A stretch of 64,000 bases of DNA from Anolis carolinensis (lineage: Eukaryota), in assembly GCF_035594765.1 (NCBI RefSeq), contig NW_026943825.1:7803802-7867801 (forward strand), in the 5' to 3' direction. The translations under genes were made by a program, and so were the position numbers. The notes under the pieces were generated by a model that was not told where the DNA came from, searched no databases, and was given only the letters and a program-made list of their open reading frames with translations. Numbering within the stretch: the first letter of the stretch is position 1; each line of letters begins with the position of its first letter. This document shows positions 61,579 through 64,000 of this stretch, piece by piece.

Positions 61579-62380
61579 CTAGCTTGGAGACCCGGCGGTG
61601 CCCGGGTCATTTGAGAAAGGCATTGTTTGCCTGTGTTCCAAGTGTAGTCTAGATCCAATGTCAGCTGGGTTCAGTGGGTGCGGGTGAGCTCCAACTCCCA
61701 TATGCAAGTCCCATCGTCCAGTGTCCATCCCTCTCCAAACAGAGCCAGGATGTAGAGTAGGTCACGGGGACTCTATGTACCATGTTTGATCTTGATCATT
61801 CATTTGTGTGGGTCGCGGTGCTTTCAGGAAGTGAGTGAATGTATTGCAAGTCCCATTGCCCATGGCCCATCGTCCTCCAAACTGCACCTGGGTGTAGAGT
61901 GAGTCATGGGTGTTCTCTGTGTCAAGTTTGGTCTTGATGAGACATTGGTGGGGGTGACAGTGGTCTCAGCAAGTGAGTGAACATACTGCAAGTCCCATCA
62001 TCCAAGGTCCAAACTCTTTCAAACCTCACCAAGATGTAGAGTGGGCCATGGTGGCTCTAGGTCAGGCATTGGTGGGGGTCACAGTAGTCCCGGGAAGAGA
62101 GTGAAGATACTGCAAGTCCCATCATCCACGGTCCCTCCTCCCCCAAACTTCACCAGGATGTAAAGTGGGCCATCCTGCACCTGCGTGTCAAGTTTGATAC
62201 AGTTTCGTCATTCATGGGCATCACAGTAGTTTGTGGGAGGTGAATTGGATGAAGGTACTGCAAATCCCATAATCCTTGGTCCATCCTCCAAACTGCTGCA
62301 GCATGTGAAGTGTGTCATTTGGGATATGTGTGCCTGGTTTGGTTCAGTTCTGTGATTTGTGGCAGTTGCTGTGGTCAGTT
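61579..62380 (-). mobile_element. Second Helitron-like family with degenerate ~120 bp internal repeats
   Basis: Minus-strand 3' end CCCGG-GCACCG-CCGGG hairpin then CTAG|T; recurring GCAAGTCCCAT units. Confidence 0.5.
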
Positions 62381-62522
62381 GATGTTTTGGTGCTTAATTT
62401 GTAAAATCATAACCTAATTTGATGTGTAATAGGCTTTTCCTTAATCCCACCTTATTATCCAACATATTCACTTATCCAACGGTCTGCTGGCCCGTTTATG
62501 TTGGATAAGTGAGACTCTACTG

Positions 62523-62984
62523 CAGGGGTCCCCAAACTAAGGCCCGGGGGCCGGATGCGGCCCATCAAAGCCATTTATCCGGCCCCCACGGCAACCATCA
62601 TCATCATCATCATCATCATTATTATTAACATTGAGGCTGGGTGGCCATCTATCAGGGGTGCTTTGCTTGTGCTTTTGGTGCACAAAGGCAGGAGGGAATT
62701 GGACTTAATGGCCCAAAGAGTCTCTTCCAACCCTCTTTAATTATTATTATTATTATTATTATTATTAACATTGAGGCTGGGAGGCCATCTGTCAGGGGTG
62801 CTTTGCTTGTGCTTTTGGTGCACAGAGGCAGAAGGGGGTCGGGCTAAATGGCCCAAAGGGTCTCTTCCAACCCTCGTTGTTGTTGTTGTTGTTATTATTG
62901 TTTGGTGGCCAACTATAGTCCGGCCCTCCAACGGTCCGAAGGATCGTGAACTGGCCCCCTGTTTAAAAAGTTTGGGGACCCCTG
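62523..62984. mobile_element. Non-autonomous hAT element
   Basis: 16 bp TIR CAGGGGTCCCCAAACT / AGTTTGGGGACCCCTG; 8 bp TSD CTCTACTG at 62515-62522 and 62985-62992. Confidence 0.92.
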
Positions 62985-63134
62985 CTCTACTGTGTGTGTG
63001 TATATATATATTATACAATAATTTATAAATATATAATATATTGTATATACTTATAATATTGATAATAATATTATAATGTAATACAATATTATACTAATGA
63101 TAATATAATATAATAACATTAATTATATATTATA

Positions 63135-64000
63135 CTAGCTGTGCCCGGCCACATGTTGCTGTGGCGAAGTATGGTGGTATAGCAAATAAAGTATTGAGGA
63201 ATTGGTGATAATTAAGTTAAAGGGTAAAGGTGTGGAGTCCAGATAATCCAGTTAAAGCAGATAATATAAGATTATATGGGTTATATAGCTGTGTGGAAGG
63301 GCCTTGAGTCTACACTGCCATCTAATCCTGCCATCTAATCCAGTTAAAATCTGATAATCTGTTTTTTATAGGCAGTGTGGAAGAGGCCTAAGTGAGGCCT
63401 AACTCTGCCTGTCCCCTGGGTGAGTGGGTTGCTAGGAGACCAAGTGGGCGGAGCTTAGCCTTCTAACTGGCAGCAATTGCATAAAAACAATTATTCCTCT
63501 CCCTCTAATTAAGACTTTATTTTTCTTTTCTTTTTGTTGTATCAACCTAGAGGCGTGGATGATGGGTTGTGTTGTCAATTTTTGAGGTTGTGGGGTGTTT
63601 AGTTTTGTTGGTTTGGCGGTCGCCAGGATTCCATCACTCTTTTATATATATACTAGCTGTGCCCGGCCACGCGTTGCTGTGGCAAAGTGGTGGTGGTATT
63701 GGTTAAAAATTGTTGTGTAATTTTTATTTGACGTTATTTGTATTTTTAAATTATTTTTATTGTAAGTTATCTTTTTATTTATTATATTTTAATATTTTAT
63801 TGTATTATTTTTAGTTATTTTCTGTTATTATAGTATTTTATTGTATTAATTTTTTAGTGCTTTTAATTATTTTTAGTGTTTTTTATTATTTTTATTGGGT
63901 TTCTAGGAGACCAAGTTGGAGGAGCTTAGCCTTCTAACTGGCAGCAATTGGATAAAAGCAATTATTCCTCTCCCTCTAAATAGGACTTTATTTTTCTTTT
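63135..64000 (-). mobile_element. Two tandem Helitrons
   Basis: CTAGCTGTGCCCGGCCAC termini at 63135 and 63653; TATATATAAAAG end near 63651. Confidence 0.8.

Overview
Vertebrate, repeat-dense (well over half transposon-derived) genomic DNA. It is almost certainly squamate and most consistent with the green anole (Anolis), judged from Sauria SINEs, SPIN, R4/Dong, CR1, Penelope and Helitron repeats. Genes read by hand from splice sites and reading phases: (1) BSCL2/seipin, + strand, 10 coding exons 14686-28141, 400 aa, candidate promoter at ~9.8-10.0 kb; (2) LRRN4CL, +, single coding exon 39227-40069; (3) an intact two-exon SLC30A1/ZnT1-like gene, - strand, 45412-42899, 393 aa; (4) the 5' part of UBXN1, +, from 54708 and running off the window. 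BSCL2-LRRN4CL-UBXN1 is the human 11q12.3 gene order, where I know of no SLC30 gene. The main candidate novelty is this extra ZnT1 paralog. It has lost both aspartates of the HD-HD transport site and the His-rich loop, yet keeps an open frame, a conserved C-terminal domain, a PDZ-type tail and two tandem metal-response elements upstream. That fits a zinc-inducible pseudo-transporter and possibly a 2R ohnolog lost in mammals (inference). Other notable items: Penelope-borne minimal hammerhead ribozymes, (TAA)n-targeting R4/Dong arrays, an intron bracketed by inverted repeats, and a possible recursive splice site. There is a 155-N gap at 33303-33457. All family assignments rest on recall; no database search was run.
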